From positions 138,084 through 170,083 of the forward strand of contig RQZE01000007.1 in NCBI GenBank assembly GCA_003858585.1: a stretch of DNA of 32,000 nucleotides, written 5' to 3'. This document shows, piece by piece, positions 16,930 to 26,231 of the stretch. The stretch is from Erysipelotrichaceae bacterium OH741_COT-311. GTDB lineage: Bacteria > Bacillota_I > Bacilli_A > Erysipelotrichales > Erysipelotrichaceae. The notes under the pieces were generated by a model. That model had not been told where the DNA came from and made no database searches. It saw nothing but the letters and a program-made list of their open reading frames with translations. The first letter of the stretch is position 1. Every line of letters begins with the position of its first letter. The translations under genes and the position numbers were made by a program.

Positions 16930-18300
16930 CCATTGATGATCTTCTTGATCGTTTGTCAGTTCGCTTGTCGATGGACCACTGGAATCAACAGGATAAGATT
17001 TTACCGGCAACTGTTCTTGTTTATAAGCTTCTTTGATACCATCAACATACTTCCAACTCAATGCAATTTGATCCCATTTACTAAACCATGAGGCATCGTT
17101 ATTTAAACAAGCCCATAGCATACGTTCATACGCTTCCGGTGTATTTAAACGAAAGATGTCTTCACAATTTTGACAATATTCCATCCACACTTGTTTTAAA
17201 CCTAACTCTTCTTGTGGATGTCTTACATTTAATTGTAAATCTACTCCTTCGGTAGGTTGAATTTTAATAATTAAAACATTAGGTGCAACTTCTTTTTTCA
17301 TGCGTTTAAAAGTAACAACAACTTCAATGCCTGGATGACTACATCTTTTACCGGTACAAATATAAAATGGAACCCCCTTCCAACGCTTATGATCAATATG
17401 CACTTTAAGAGCAGCATACGTCTCTACATTTGAAGTTGGGTCTACCTCTTCTTCAAGACGATAGCCTTCATATTGCCCTAACACTACACTATCTTTTACA
17501 TTAGAAGCATCAATAACACGAAGATGTTCAAGCACCTCTTTTTGTTGCTGTGCTAACTCTGCATCCGGATTATCTAAAGCTACAATCGTTAAGATTTGCA
17601 ACAGATGATTTTGTACCATATCTTTTAACGCTCCCGCTTGTTCATAGTAACTGCCACGAGAGCCAACACCGACACGTTCAGCAGCTGAAATATGCACACA
17701 TTGGATGTGCTCTTTACTCCACATATTTGCAATTAAGTAATTGGTTTGTCGGATGGTTAAAATATTACGTATCATCTCTTTTCCTAAATAGTGATCAATA
17801 CGATAGATAGCATCTTTACCAAATTGAGCCTCTAACTTTTCATTTAAATAAAATGCTTGTTCCAAAGATTCACCAAAAGGCTTTTCCAGCACAATTTTAG
17901 GTTTAGAAAGATTGGTAACCTGACTTAGTCCATCGGTAATCACTTCAAAAAAACTTGGTGCTACTGCATAGTAAACAATTGTATTGTCATAATGACGATC
18001 TTGATAAAATGTTTGTAAAATAGAATACTCTTCCTTTTTACTTAAATCCATTTTAAGATAGTGAACATGCGTTAAAAAGGCTTGTAATACCTCTTCTTTT
18101 ACTTCTAAACGAGCAAACTCTTCAATCCATTTTGTAATTAACTTATGATAGTCTTCTTGCTTATAGTCTTTACGACCAATAGCGCAAATTAAATCATTGC
18201 CATTCAGCAAACCCCGAGCAAATAAGTTATACAAGGCAGGCATTAGCTTACGGTATGTTAAGTCTCCGGTTCCTCCAAAAATAGTAATCGAACTATTCAT
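16918..18300 (-). CDS. zwf: Glucose-6-phosphate 1-dehydrogenase
   Basis: ITIFGGTGDLTYRKLMPALYNL (NADP site), RIDHYLGKE and the EKPFG active-site region. The true start is the ATG at 18298-18300 (MNSSITIF), preceded by GGAG 8 nt upstream. The 33-codon extension in the ORF track lies inside gnd. Confidence 0.9.
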   Translation of the reverse strand: MNSSITIFGGTGDLTYRKLMPALYNLFARGLLNGNDLICAIGRKDYKQEDYHKLITKWIEEFARLEVKEEVLQAFLTHVHYLKMDLSKKEEYSILQTFYQDRHYDNTIVYYAVAPSFFEVITDGLSQVTNLSKPKIVLEKPFGESLEQAFYLNEKLEAQFGKDAIYRIDHYLGKEMIRNILTIRQTNYLIANMWSKEHIQCVHISAAERVGVGSRGSYYEQAGALKDMVQNHLLQILTIVALDNPDAELAQQQKEVLEHLRVIDASNVKDSVVLGQYEGYRLEEEVDPTSNVETYAALKVHIDHKRWKGVPFYICTGKRCSHPGIEVVVTFKRMKKEVAPNVLIIKIQPTEGVDLQLNVRHPQEELGLKQVWMEYCQNCEDIFRLNTPEAYERMLWACLNNDASWFSKWDQIALSWKYVDGIKEAYKQEQLPVKSYPVDSSGPSTSELTNDQEDHQWRIA

Positions 18301-19678
18301 GATCTTGACTCCATGGATAGTGATAATCACCATCTCGATCAACACGCTTATATGTATGGGCACCAAAATAATCACGTTGTCCTTGGATAAGGTTGGCACC
18401 TAACCATTCACTTTGCAATTGATTTACATACACCAATGCACTTGCAAAAAGTGGCAATGGAAGTCCACCCGCTAATGAAGTAGCTGTTACCTTTGCTAAG
18501 TCCGGGCTATGCTCTTTTACTTGTTTATAAAACGTTGGATGCAATAACAATTGACTTACCCCATCTTGATACGCATGCATAATCGTTTGTAACAGTTCTG
18601 CTTGAATGATACAACCTGCCCTAAAAATACTTGCGATTTCTTTTAAGTTTAAATTCCATCCATAGCGATCCGAAGCATCTTGATATAATTGGAACCCCTG
18701 AGCAAATGCCAAAGACTTTGCCAAAGCATAGGCTTGATATATTGTCTCAATTTCTAAAGAAGTTGTTACTTCTTTTGATGGTTTCTTTACAAAAGCCTCT
18801 CTTAATGTGTGTTGATTTGACATAATACGAGCTTGATATGCAGCTGTTAATAAAGACGCATTAAATTCTTGTCGAAGTGCTTCGATGCTTGTCCATCGAC
18901 CTGTCCCTTTATTTCCTGCTACATCTAAAATAACATCAATTAAATCATTAGATCCTAAATCATCTTTAGCAAGGAGTACTTCTGCTGTAATCTTTACTAA
19001 ATAACTCGCTACTTCTCTTTGATTCCATTGGTTTAAAATATGCGCTATTTCTTTATTTGTTAATCCTAAATGATGTTTTAAGATTAAATAGACTTCCGCT
19101 AATAACTGCATATCTGCATATTCAATGCCATTATGCACCATTTTTACATAGTGACCACTACCCATTGGTCCAATATACCGACAACATGCTTCTTGTCCTT
19201 TTTCGGCTGCAATTGACTCTAAAATATTAGAAATTAGTGGATAATGCTGTTGATCTCCTGATGGCATGATGCTAGGACCATATAAAGCACCTTGCTCGCC
19301 TCCTGAAATACCGACTCCAAAATAAATAATCCCTTTTTCTTTTAACCATGTATAACGAGTATTGGTATCTTCAAAGAAGGAATTTCCTCCATCCATGATA
19401 ATATCACCCTCACTTAAATACTTAAGCAATTCTTCCAACACCCCATCTACACTTTTTCCTGCCGGAACCATCAATAAAATACGTCGAGGTACACTTAACG
19501 AAGCCACAAAATCTTCTAAATGTTCATATCCATAGATATTTTTAATGTTTGTATTTACTAATTCTTGTGTTTTGGCATACGTACGATTAAATCCACTGAC
19601 TGAAAAACCATGATTTGCCATATTTATGGCAATGCTTTTTCCCATAACACCTAAACCGATTACTCCAATATCATTCAT
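18293..19678 (-). CDS. gnd: 6-phosphogluconate dehydrogenase (decarboxylating)
   Basis: IGVIGLGVMGKSIAINM (Rossmann fold), GGNSFF, GVGISGGEQGA and GSGHYVKMVHNGIEYADMQL. The ATG at 19676-19678 is preceded by AAGGAG with a 7-nt spacer. The track start at 19729 is a GTG inside pgl. Confidence 0.9.
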   Translation of the reverse strand: MNDIGVIGLGVMGKSIAINMANHGFSVSGFNRTYAKTQELVNTNIKNIYGYEHLEDFVASLSVPRRILLMVPAGKSVDGVLEELLKYLSEGDIIMDGGNSFFEDTNTRYTWLKEKGIIYFGVGISGGEQGALYGPSIMPSGDQQHYPLISNILESIAAEKGQEACCRYIGPMGSGHYVKMVHNGIEYADMQLLAEVYLILKHHLGLTNKEIAHILNQWNQREVASYLVKITAEVLLAKDDLGSNDLIDVILDVAGNKGTGRWTSIEALRQEFNASLLTAAYQARIMSNQHTLREAFVKKPSKEVTTSLEIETIYQAYALAKSLAFAQGFQLYQDASDRYGWNLNLKEIASIFRAGCIIQAELLQTIMHAYQDGVSQLLLHPTFYKQVKEHSPDLAKVTATSLAGGLPLPLFASALVYVNQLQSEWLGANLIQGQRDYFGAHTYKRVDRDGDYHYPWSQDHE

Positions 19679-20597
19679 AACTCTTCTCCTTTGCGATAAT
19701 TGAAATTCCACTAGGCACACTTGCCTCACTTACTTTTTTATAGGTATGACGATCAATAACGACAAGATTATCACTATCTTTATTTAGCACCATTAACCAA
19801 TCATCCATTACAATAAAATCTCTTGGATGTTTTCCAAAACAGGAAATCACATCCTTTAATATAACCTTTTCTTCTTCTACTTTTAAAATAGAAATCACAT
19901 CTTTATAACGAGTAGAAACATAAAGATACTCACCATGCAAACGTATGGCAGCACTACCTTTATAAATAGGCTCATCTTTTAACAAATTAACACTTGAAAC
20001 AATACGACAGGCATCTAAATCAACCACATATAATGTATTATCTAATTCTCCTACTACATATAAGTACTTCTGATCAAAAGAAACAACACCATGACGTGGA
20101 CCAGAACCCCTTGGAAATGCAATCGTATCTACATAGTTTCCAAAGTTATCATATACATACACTTGATCAAGTAGTAAACATGGAACAAGTATATGATTAT
20201 TATGAAATAACACTTGATGACAACCTGCTTTTTCTTTTATTTCAATCTTCTTTACAAAATTCAACTCACGTTGATTTACTTTTACAATCTGCACGCTACC
20301 CAAGTGATAATTTGCTGTATAAAGAAACCCATTATGATATACAATGTAAGTAGCCGGAGAATCTTCTAACAACAAGGTTTGATAACATGTTCCTTGATCA
20401 TCAAACAAAGCAATTCCACCTTTTTCATCTACTTCCACAATACTTGCAGTGTAATCTTCAACATAGGTTACATATTTAGGATTATCAACAGCAGCAAAGC
20501 ATTGTATCTCTATATGAAACTCATCATCCATAGTAAAGCGATATAAGCCTTTACTATTAGAATTTGTATATGTCCCTAAATACCCTTGATACGCCAT
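19671..20597 (-). CDS. pgl: 6-phosphogluconolactonase, beta-propeller (YbhE/Pgl) type
   Basis: 308 aa with a lactonase-family N-terminus YLGTYTNSNSKGLYRF and repeated propeller-blade-like segments. It is the first gene of an operon with gnd and zwf. Confidence 0.75.
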   Translation of the reverse strand: MAYQGYLGTYTNSNSKGLYRFTMDDEFHIEIQCFAAVDNPKYVTYVEDYTASIVEVDEKGGIALFDDQGTCYQTLLLEDSPATYIVYHNGFLYTANYHLGSVQIVKVNQRELNFVKKIEIKEKAGCHQVLFHNNHILVPCLLLDQVYVYDNFGNYVDTIAFPRGSGPRHGVVSFDQKYLYVVGELDNTLYVVDLDACRIVSSVNLLKDEPIYKGSAAIRLHGEYLYVSTRYKDVISILKVEEEKVILKDVISCFGKHPRDFIVMDDWLMVLNKDSDNLVVIDRHTYKKVSEASVPSGISIIAKEKSYE

Positions 20598-20655
20598 AAA
20601 TAATCCTCCTTTTTTATTATAACAAGCTTATCTTGTAAAATCAGTTTTCATACAT

Positions 20656-20680
20656 TAAAAAACGTACTACTGTACGTTTT
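20656..20680. terminator. Terminator after the TetR-regulated operon, overlapping the last codons of 20667-21509
   Basis: AAAAACGTAC-TACT-GTACGTTTTT, with T-runs in both orientations. Confidence 0.6.
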
Positions 20681-21509
20681 TACTTTCTTTTAGAAACTGT
20701 AACATTACTAATACCAAAGAAACCGATAATAAGATATGTCCAATACCGGCAATTCCTGAAATTGCCTTATCCATTCCTTTCGATAAGGTAATGCTATATA
20801 CTTCACTTACTCCTCGATATAACATTACACTAACGGTAATCATTAACCCTAAAGCATAATATGATACATACCTAACTATCTTTTTAAAAGAAGTAGCCGT
20901 GATAAGAAATTTAGTAGCAAAATAGAGAATAAACAAAGTTAGAAACCCTAAGGTTAAGATATGAACATGCAACTTGCCTAAAGAAGTACTTTCTTGATAA
21001 TTTAAAAATTTGGTAAGTTCACGATACAGCACTCCATGAAACAATCCCATAACTAAAGCTACAATACTCATTTCTAAAATGGAATGCGGTTTAAAAGAAA
21101 CAGGACGTACTTCAAAATAAAAAAGTACTGCCAACATTGCATAACTTAACGTAAACAAGATTCCAATTGAAAGATATTGTGATATACCATATAACACTAA
21201 AGCAACTCCTATGGTAGGCACTATCTTTGATTTAGACTGTTTTCCATACAGAAAATATCCACCTACTAGAAGGACTAAGGCAATAAGATAAGTAATCACG
21301 GAAATCATAGAAAGAACGGTATCTTTCCTTGTTAGTTGAAAACCAAATAAAATACTATAAAAAATACTTGGCATACTTAATAACGTATAAAGTAAGCTCA
21401 TAAATCCTAACGATTTTAGTGGTTTTGTTGATTGTAGTAGCAATGTAAGACTTAATGCAAGCATTAAAGTGAAAAGAAATGTGTTTAAAAAACTACTGAT
21501 GATGTTCAT
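20667..21509 (-). CDS. Polytopic membrane protein of unknown function (about 280 aa)
   Basis: About 8 hydrophobic segments. The preferred start is the ATG at 21507-21509 (MNIISSFL), 7 nt after GAAAGGAG. It overlaps the tetR 3' end by 17 nt. Confidence 0.6.
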   Translation of the reverse strand: MNIISSFLNTFLFTLMLALSLTLLLQSTKPLKSLGFMSLLYTLLSMPSIFYSILFGFQLTRKDTVLSMISVITYLIALVLLVGGYFLYGKQSKSKIVPTIGVALVLYGISQYLSIGILFTLSYAMLAVLFYFEVRPVSFKPHSILEMSIVALVMGLFHGVLYRELTKFLNYQESTSLGKLHVHILTLGFLTLFILYFATKFLITATSFKKIVRYVSYYALGLMITVSVMLYRGVSEVYSITLSKGMDKAISGIAGIGHILLSVSLVLVMLQFLKESKNVQ

Positions 21510-22071
21510 GTGCATGCTCCTTTCGATGTGAAATGCCATATAAGACATAATGCATCACTGTTTGATAATGTTGTTTAAATGTTTCAGCATCCCATCCTTC
21601 ACTATATAAACGAAAGACAAGATCATGAATGACAGCCTTTAGATAATGAATGAAATCACTTGGCATCGGTGAAAACGTGGAAGAAGTTACTTGATACGCT
21701 TTCCAAGCCTGATTTAAATCATGTCCCCAGTATAAAAAACGTGTTTCATACAGCCTTTTTACACTAGGATCTAATAAATGTGCTAATAAGACATCTTGAT
21801 ACTTACGCAAAGCATTTACCACATCTTCATGATCCATTAACTGCATAAATAAATCATGTAACTCACATGTTTCTTTTTGTAAAATATAGAAATAACAATC
21901 TTGTAAATCTTCAAAGTAAAGATAAAAACTACCTCTTGAAATACCTAAAGCTTTTACAATATGTGATACCTTAGCCTCATAAAAAGAATGGGTTTCAAAC
22001 TCTTGTTTACAGACTTCATAAATACGTTGTTGTTTCTCTTTCGATAAATGAAAATACGTCTCTTTCGGCAT
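21493..22071 (-). CDS. TetR/AcrR family transcriptional regulator
   Basis: N-terminal TetR HTH: YEAKVSHIVKALGISRGSFYLYFEDLQDCYFYIL. Confidence 0.85.
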   Translation of the reverse strand: MPKETYFHLSKEKQQRIYEVCKQEFETHSFYEAKVSHIVKALGISRGSFYLYFEDLQDCYFYILQKETCELHDLFMQLMDHEDVVNALRKYQDVLLAHLLDPSVKRLYETRFLYWGHDLNQAWKAYQVTSSTFSPMPSDFIHYLKAVIHDLVFRLYSEGWDAETFKQHYQTVMHYVLYGISHRKEHAHEHHQ

Positions 22072-22503
22072 CTAGTTCACCCCTTTGTGTTTGATGGATA
22101 ACCATAGAAATTTAAGACCACACAAGAATAAAGCAAATCCCAATCCGGTATAAAAATAACTATAGAAACTAATTTTCATTAATTGAAAATGACGCAATAC
22201 GATTCCTAATGACATCATGGTAAACATGATGATGTAACTTTTGGCATCAAAGAATTGATACCAATACATTGTTTCTTGTGGATGATTTAAAATTCTTTTT
22301 TCATGTTTTTTGACTAAACGAGAAAAAATAAATTGATAAAAAAATATAAAAATAATTACTATGGAACTATTGATTAGCACATTGTTATATTGCTTCCAAG
22401 ATGTAAGCCCTAATTTTAAAACCATAAAACCACCTATGCTCCAAAGAATGCCTGCCAAGAGAAACAAATCACGCTTTGGTCGTTTTATTTTTAAAACTGA
22501 CAT
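22072..22503 (-). CDS. Small membrane protein (about 143 aa), first gene of the TetR operon
   Basis: Four hydrophobic segments. The ATG at 22501-22503 (MSVLKIK) is preceded by TAGGAGGTG. The track start at 22557 is a TTG lying inside the promoter. Confidence 0.6.
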   Translation of the reverse strand: MSVLKIKRPKRDLFLLAGILWSIGGFMVLKLGLTSWKQYNNVLINSSIVIIFIFFYQFIFSRLVKKHEKRILNHPQETMYWYQFFDAKSYIIMFTMMSLGIVLRHFQLMKISFYSYFYTGLGFALFLCGLKFLWLSIKHKGVN

Positions 22504-22524
22504 AGTGTCACCTCCTATACATTC

Positions 22525-22553
22525 AGTATAATGACACCATGTCAGTAATGCAA
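22525..22553 (-). promoter_or_regulatory. Promoter with an embedded inverted repeat (candidate TetR operator)
   Basis: The minus strand reads TTGCAT-17 nt-TATACT. The spacer contains the palindrome TGACA-N3-TGTCA at 22532-22544. Confidence 0.5.
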
Positions 22554-22568
22554 ACAATATGCTAAAAA

Positions 22569-22587
22569 AAAGACCATGAAGGTCTTT
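22569..22587 (-). terminator. Terminator of the surface-protein gene
   Basis: The minus-strand RNA reads AAAGACC-UUCAU-GGUCUUU followed by UUUUUU. Confidence 0.6.
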
Positions 22588-24799
22588 ATTTTGTATAAGA
22601 TATATGTTTTAAATAGATCAATGCCACACAAGCAAGAAGTAAACTTACAAGATATCCCATTGGATTAGTTGTATCCTGTGTTTTAGGAATGTTGAAATGA
22701 GAAGATACTGCTATTGTTTCTTCTACTTCATGAGAAACGTTAGGATGTATGATTATTGGTCTTTTTAATACCGTTAAAGTAGCGGTTTTTGTTTCTGCTA
22801 CTCCATCATGATTGGTAACAGTAAATGTAATAATATAAACCCCTGCAACTTTATTGGCATCCACTACCGTATGATAGTCAATGACTACATCATCAATGGT
22901 TAAATGATCTAATTCATCTTCTACCGATAACACCATTCTGCGAATTTCATCGTAAGATTGATCTTCATAAATTGTTAAGTCTTGTACCTTTAAGATTGTT
23001 TTTTCAACTTTTTTCCAAACCCCATAAACAGTCAAATTCTGATTTACAATGTGATTGGCATCAAAATCAGGTGTTGTTGCATTTGGATCTAAGCTCCAAC
23101 CTAGAAACTGATAACGATATCCATCTTTTACCACATTATCCGGTAACGTTGGCATACTGTAGTGAGGTAATATATCTCCTGCAATACTTTGATTATGCAC
23201 CACTTGAATACTACCTAAATCTTGTGTTTGCGTATCAAAGGCTTGACTGTTTTTTATAAACTGCACTTTATCAAAGACATAATTCAAATATTTCGGTTTT
23301 GCCTCTCTTTTTGCAATTGGTGTTGGTCCACCAAGCTTAAAAAACAATAAATTGATTTCATATAGTTTAGCACCGCCGGAAACATCTCCATTTAAAGAAA
23401 TTGGGGCATGCGTTTCTTCTGCAATTTCTAAAATACTTTCTTTTGAAATTTTAAAGTTTTCTACATCAACACTTGCTAGTTCGATATCTTGAGTAATATC
23501 TTCAAATGTTGCATTTGGAATTTCACTTTTATGACGTATACGTGTACGTAAAATAAATTCGTTTTCTCCTTCTGGATGAAATTTAATAATGCTTACCGGA
23601 TTATTCGGTTGAATATCAAAATGATATTGATTAAATTTTTCATGATTCGCTTTTAATACCATGTGTGGTTTAAACGCATAGGCTTTAAAACTCAATGTTA
23701 TTTCATCTTTTAGTTGGATACGATGGTCTAGTTTTACATGAATATCAACAAATGTATATCCTGCTTCCTTGACATCCGCTGAGGTGCTTGCCCCTACTTC
23801 ATCACCATAGTATTCCACAGAACCCGGTTCAAATTGGTTACTTCTACGAATGACTGCTGTTGTAAATGGATTCAAGGTGTAGGATGCATTGATTTGTACA
23901 ATGTTTTCATCTTGAATATCATTTGGTACATAGTAAGTAAAGTCTTCTTTTACTTCAAATTTATGATGCATGATTTCTTCCGGTGTCGATTGTTTATTAA
24001 TTTCAAAATCACCCTTCATACTTTCAGCAAGGGTTAAAACATTGGAAGCACTTAAATAAAAGGCATAGAGTCTTTCATCTCCCTGCAAGCCATTTGGAAA
24101 TACTTTAGAAATGGGTTCATGCGTATAGAAGGCTTTATCACCTTTTTGTTTCCCTACGTAATTTGGTATTAAACTATAGCCGATAAAGTATTTTTTGCTA
24201 CTTCCTCCACCTTTGTTACTATCATCCAAGCGTTTTGAAAATTGATCTGTTTTGTATAACGGTTCATCTGCATGCTCGAAATGAACAATAGTTTCTACAC
24301 CATCTGCTACAAAAGTAACAGTTCCATGATAGTTTAACTCTTTGTTCCACTTGGCTATATAGATGTAATGTTGTGGATCTACTTCTTGTAGTGACCAAGA
24401 CTCAATAAACCAACGATAATTTTTATCTTCTTCTTTCACTACAACAGCATCCACCTTTGGTTCAGTTAAATTATCTTTTAAGATAGTTTCTTCAAATGGT
24501 AGTTTATCTTTCACCTCTTGTGGTAATTGTTCTACATCCGCAAAGGCATAGGTAACATGTACCATTGAATTTACATTGGTAGTAGCCATGAATGTGTCAT
24601 GAATTTCTATTGTTTCTTCTTTAGCACTAGGCAAAGCTTCTTCAACAGGCTTCTCTGTGGTATCTTCTTCCGGATTTTTCTGTTTTTCGGTTGCTTCCGA
24701 TGTGGTAGAAGGTGCATCTTGCTCTAAGGCAAGGGTTGTTAAGCTTGTGCTTACTATTAAGAAGCTAGTAAGCAAAATGGTAGCTATTTTCTTATACAT
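22586..24799 (-). CDS. Large secreted, cell-surface-anchored multidomain protein (737 aa)
   Basis: Signal peptide MYKKIATILLTSFLIVSTSLTTLALE. There is a SHIRT-like segment (VTYAF..LPQEVKDKLP...YIYIAKWNKE) and a Listeria-Bacteroides-type repeat (GYRYQFLGWSLDPN...NLTVYGVWKK). An Ig-like DUF5011-type segment is present (DDVVIDYH..AGVYIITFTVTNHDGVAETKTATLTVL). The C-terminus has IPKTQ, a hydrophobic stretch and a basic tail. Confidence 0.8.
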   Translation of the reverse strand: MYKKIATILLTSFLIVSTSLTTLALEQDAPSTTSEATEKQKNPEEDTTEKPVEEALPSAKEETIEIHDTFMATTNVNSMVHVTYAFADVEQLPQEVKDKLPFEETILKDNLTEPKVDAVVVKEEDKNYRWFIESWSLQEVDPQHYIYIAKWNKELNYHGTVTFVADGVETIVHFEHADEPLYKTDQFSKRLDDSNKGGGSSKKYFIGYSLIPNYVGKQKGDKAFYTHEPISKVFPNGLQGDERLYAFYLSASNVLTLAESMKGDFEINKQSTPEEIMHHKFEVKEDFTYYVPNDIQDENIVQINASYTLNPFTTAVIRRSNQFEPGSVEYYGDEVGASTSADVKEAGYTFVDIHVKLDHRIQLKDEITLSFKAYAFKPHMVLKANHEKFNQYHFDIQPNNPVSIIKFHPEGENEFILRTRIRHKSEIPNATFEDITQDIELASVDVENFKISKESILEIAEETHAPISLNGDVSGGAKLYEINLLFFKLGGPTPIAKREAKPKYLNYVFDKVQFIKNSQAFDTQTQDLGSIQVVHNQSIAGDILPHYSMPTLPDNVVKDGYRYQFLGWSLDPNATTPDFDANHIVNQNLTVYGVWKKVEKTILKVQDLTIYEDQSYDEIRRMVLSVEDELDHLTIDDVVIDYHTVVDANKVAGVYIITFTVTNHDGVAETKTATLTVLKRPIIIHPNVSHEVEETIAVSSHFNIPKTQDTTNPMGYLVSLLLACVALIYLKHISYTK

Positions 24800-24895
24800 A
24801 TGTATATCCCCCTAAAATACTAGCTTTTTATACCCAGTCATTGTAACTCTATTTATATTATTTTACAAATTTAATTATTTTTACCACTTTACTAA

Positions 24896-24924
24896 AAAAA
24901 TCTATTTAAAGCTAAATAGATTTT
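24896..24924 (-). terminator. Terminator after the DJ-1/PfpI gene
   Basis: The minus-strand RNA reads AAAAUCUAUUUA-GCUU-UAAAUAGAUUUU followed by a U-run. Confidence 0.65.
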
Positions 24925-24936
24925 ATAAGTTACACA

Positions 24937-25497
24937 TTATCGATAAGCAAACATGGTTTCTTGATAAAGTTCTTCCGCCTTAACTTTTCCAACAAGGCAT
25001 TCAATTAATTTTAACCCTAAAGCAAACGCTGTTCCCGGTCCCATTGATGTTAGTACGTTTTGATCTTGGACTACAGCTTGTTGTTTATGCTGTTTAAAGG
25101 AAACTTCTTCTTCAAAACCAGGGTAGCATGTTCCTTCAATTTTACAAGAAATATCAGCTGCTTTTAGTACAATTGGAGAAGCACAAATCGATGCAATAAA
25201 TTTATCTTCTTTTCCATAAAAAGCTTGTATCATGGAAATCACAGTTGAATTTTCTTTAAGATATGTAGAACCCGGCATACCTCCCGGGGTAATTAAGGCA
25301 TCATACTCTAAGACATTGTTTACATCTTCTAAGAGAAGATTTGTTTTTATTTGAATGTTATGAGAACCTGTTACTTCAAGACTTCCGGTAATACTGCACA
25401 TGTCCACTTGGATATTGGCTCTACGCAGCAAATCAACAAGTGTAATGGCTTCAATCTCTTCAAAGCCATTTGCCATAAAAATTAATACTTTTTTCAT
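24937..25497 (-). CDS. DJ-1/PfpI (ThiJ) family protein
   Basis: 186 aa with the nucleophile-elbow cysteine context IASICASPIVL and a typical N-terminus KVLIFMANGFEEIEA. Confidence 0.85.
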   Translation of the reverse strand: MKKVLIFMANGFEEIEAITLVDLLRRANIQVDMCSITGSLEVTGSHNIQIKTNLLLEDVNNVLEYDALITPGGMPGSTYLKENSTVISMIQAFYGKEDKFIASICASPIVLKAADISCKIEGTCYPGFEEEVSFKQHKQQAVVQDQNVLTSMGPGTAFALGLKLIECLVGKVKAEELYQETMFAYR

Positions 25498-25514
25498 ATA
25501 TTTCCCTTTCTATT

Positions 25515-26138
25515 TTAAGATATTATTTGAAACAAAACGAGTAATGCAGTTACAAAATTGGTTATCGCATGAACCATCCAACTTGGAATAATCGATCCAT
25601 TGGCTTTTACTTCATTGATGTATCCCATCGCAAATGCAATCCCACCAGTTAAAATGGTAATCACTACCGCTTTTACCAAGCCAATGGTTCCTATCAACAT
25701 AAAACCATGTAGTAAACCAAAAAGGATACTTTGAATACCATTCCCTAGAAGATAACCAAAGGCATGTTGCATTCTTTTGAATAAAAAGCCTCGAAAAAAT
25801 AGTTCCTCTGATAAACCGGTTTGAATGGTAGCATAAAGGAAAACGGGAAGGATACCTTCAAACTTTAACCCTTGAAACTTAAACAGCGAAGTTTTTTCGA
25901 CTTTTACATATCGCAAGATAAATAAAGAAGATAAAACAAATAATACAGAAAGTATCATTATCGCTAAATAAGCTGCTCGCTTATCTTTAATATCAACTTT
26001 TTTCAGTCCAACCCAAGAGAAAAAACACTCTTGCTTGCGGGCAGTTATGAACCACCAAATCAATGGTATGAAACTAAATGCGAGAAGTTGTAGGATACTA
26101 CTTATAAAGATACTGATTAGCACAATAAGCACCTCCAT
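25515..26138 (-). CDS. CPBP family intramembrane glutamic endopeptidase (CAAX/Abi-type)
   Basis: Motifs SEELFFRGFLF, FGLLHG and SWMVHAITN in a polytopic membrane protein. Confidence 0.85.
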   Translation of the reverse strand: MEVLIVLISIFISSILQLLAFSFIPLIWWFITARKQECFFSWVGLKKVDIKDKRAAYLAIMILSVLFVLSSLFILRYVKVEKTSLFKFQGLKFEGILPVFLYATIQTGLSEELFFRGFLFKRMQHAFGYLLGNGIQSILFGLLHGFMLIGTIGLVKAVVITILTGGIAFAMGYINEVKANGSIIPSWMVHAITNFVTALLVLFQIIS

Positions 26139-26206
26139 ATCTTTTATTTTACATTTTTATTATATCACGAATGATTTTTGATTTTTTGTACGTAAGATGA
26201 AAAATA

Positions 26207-26231
26207 AAATGGATAACTTTCTTATCCATTT
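26207..26231 (-). terminator. Terminator of the NUDIX gene, overlapping its stop codon
   Basis: The minus-strand RNA reads AAAUGGAUAA-GAAAG-UUAUCCAUUU followed by UAUUUUUC. Confidence 0.6.

Noticed and set aside
18301-18399. 33-codon N-terminal extension of zwf in the ORF track; the same issue occurs for gnd at 19679-19729
   Set aside because: The extensions lie inside the preceding genes. They begin before the conserved Rossmann N-termini and lack an RBS. The internal ATGs have good SD sequences with 7-8 nt spacing.
17550-20353. Plus-strand ORFs 17550-17810, 18197-18403, 18631-18825 and 19994-20353
   Set aside because: All are antisense to zwf, gnd or pgl, which have unmistakable motifs.
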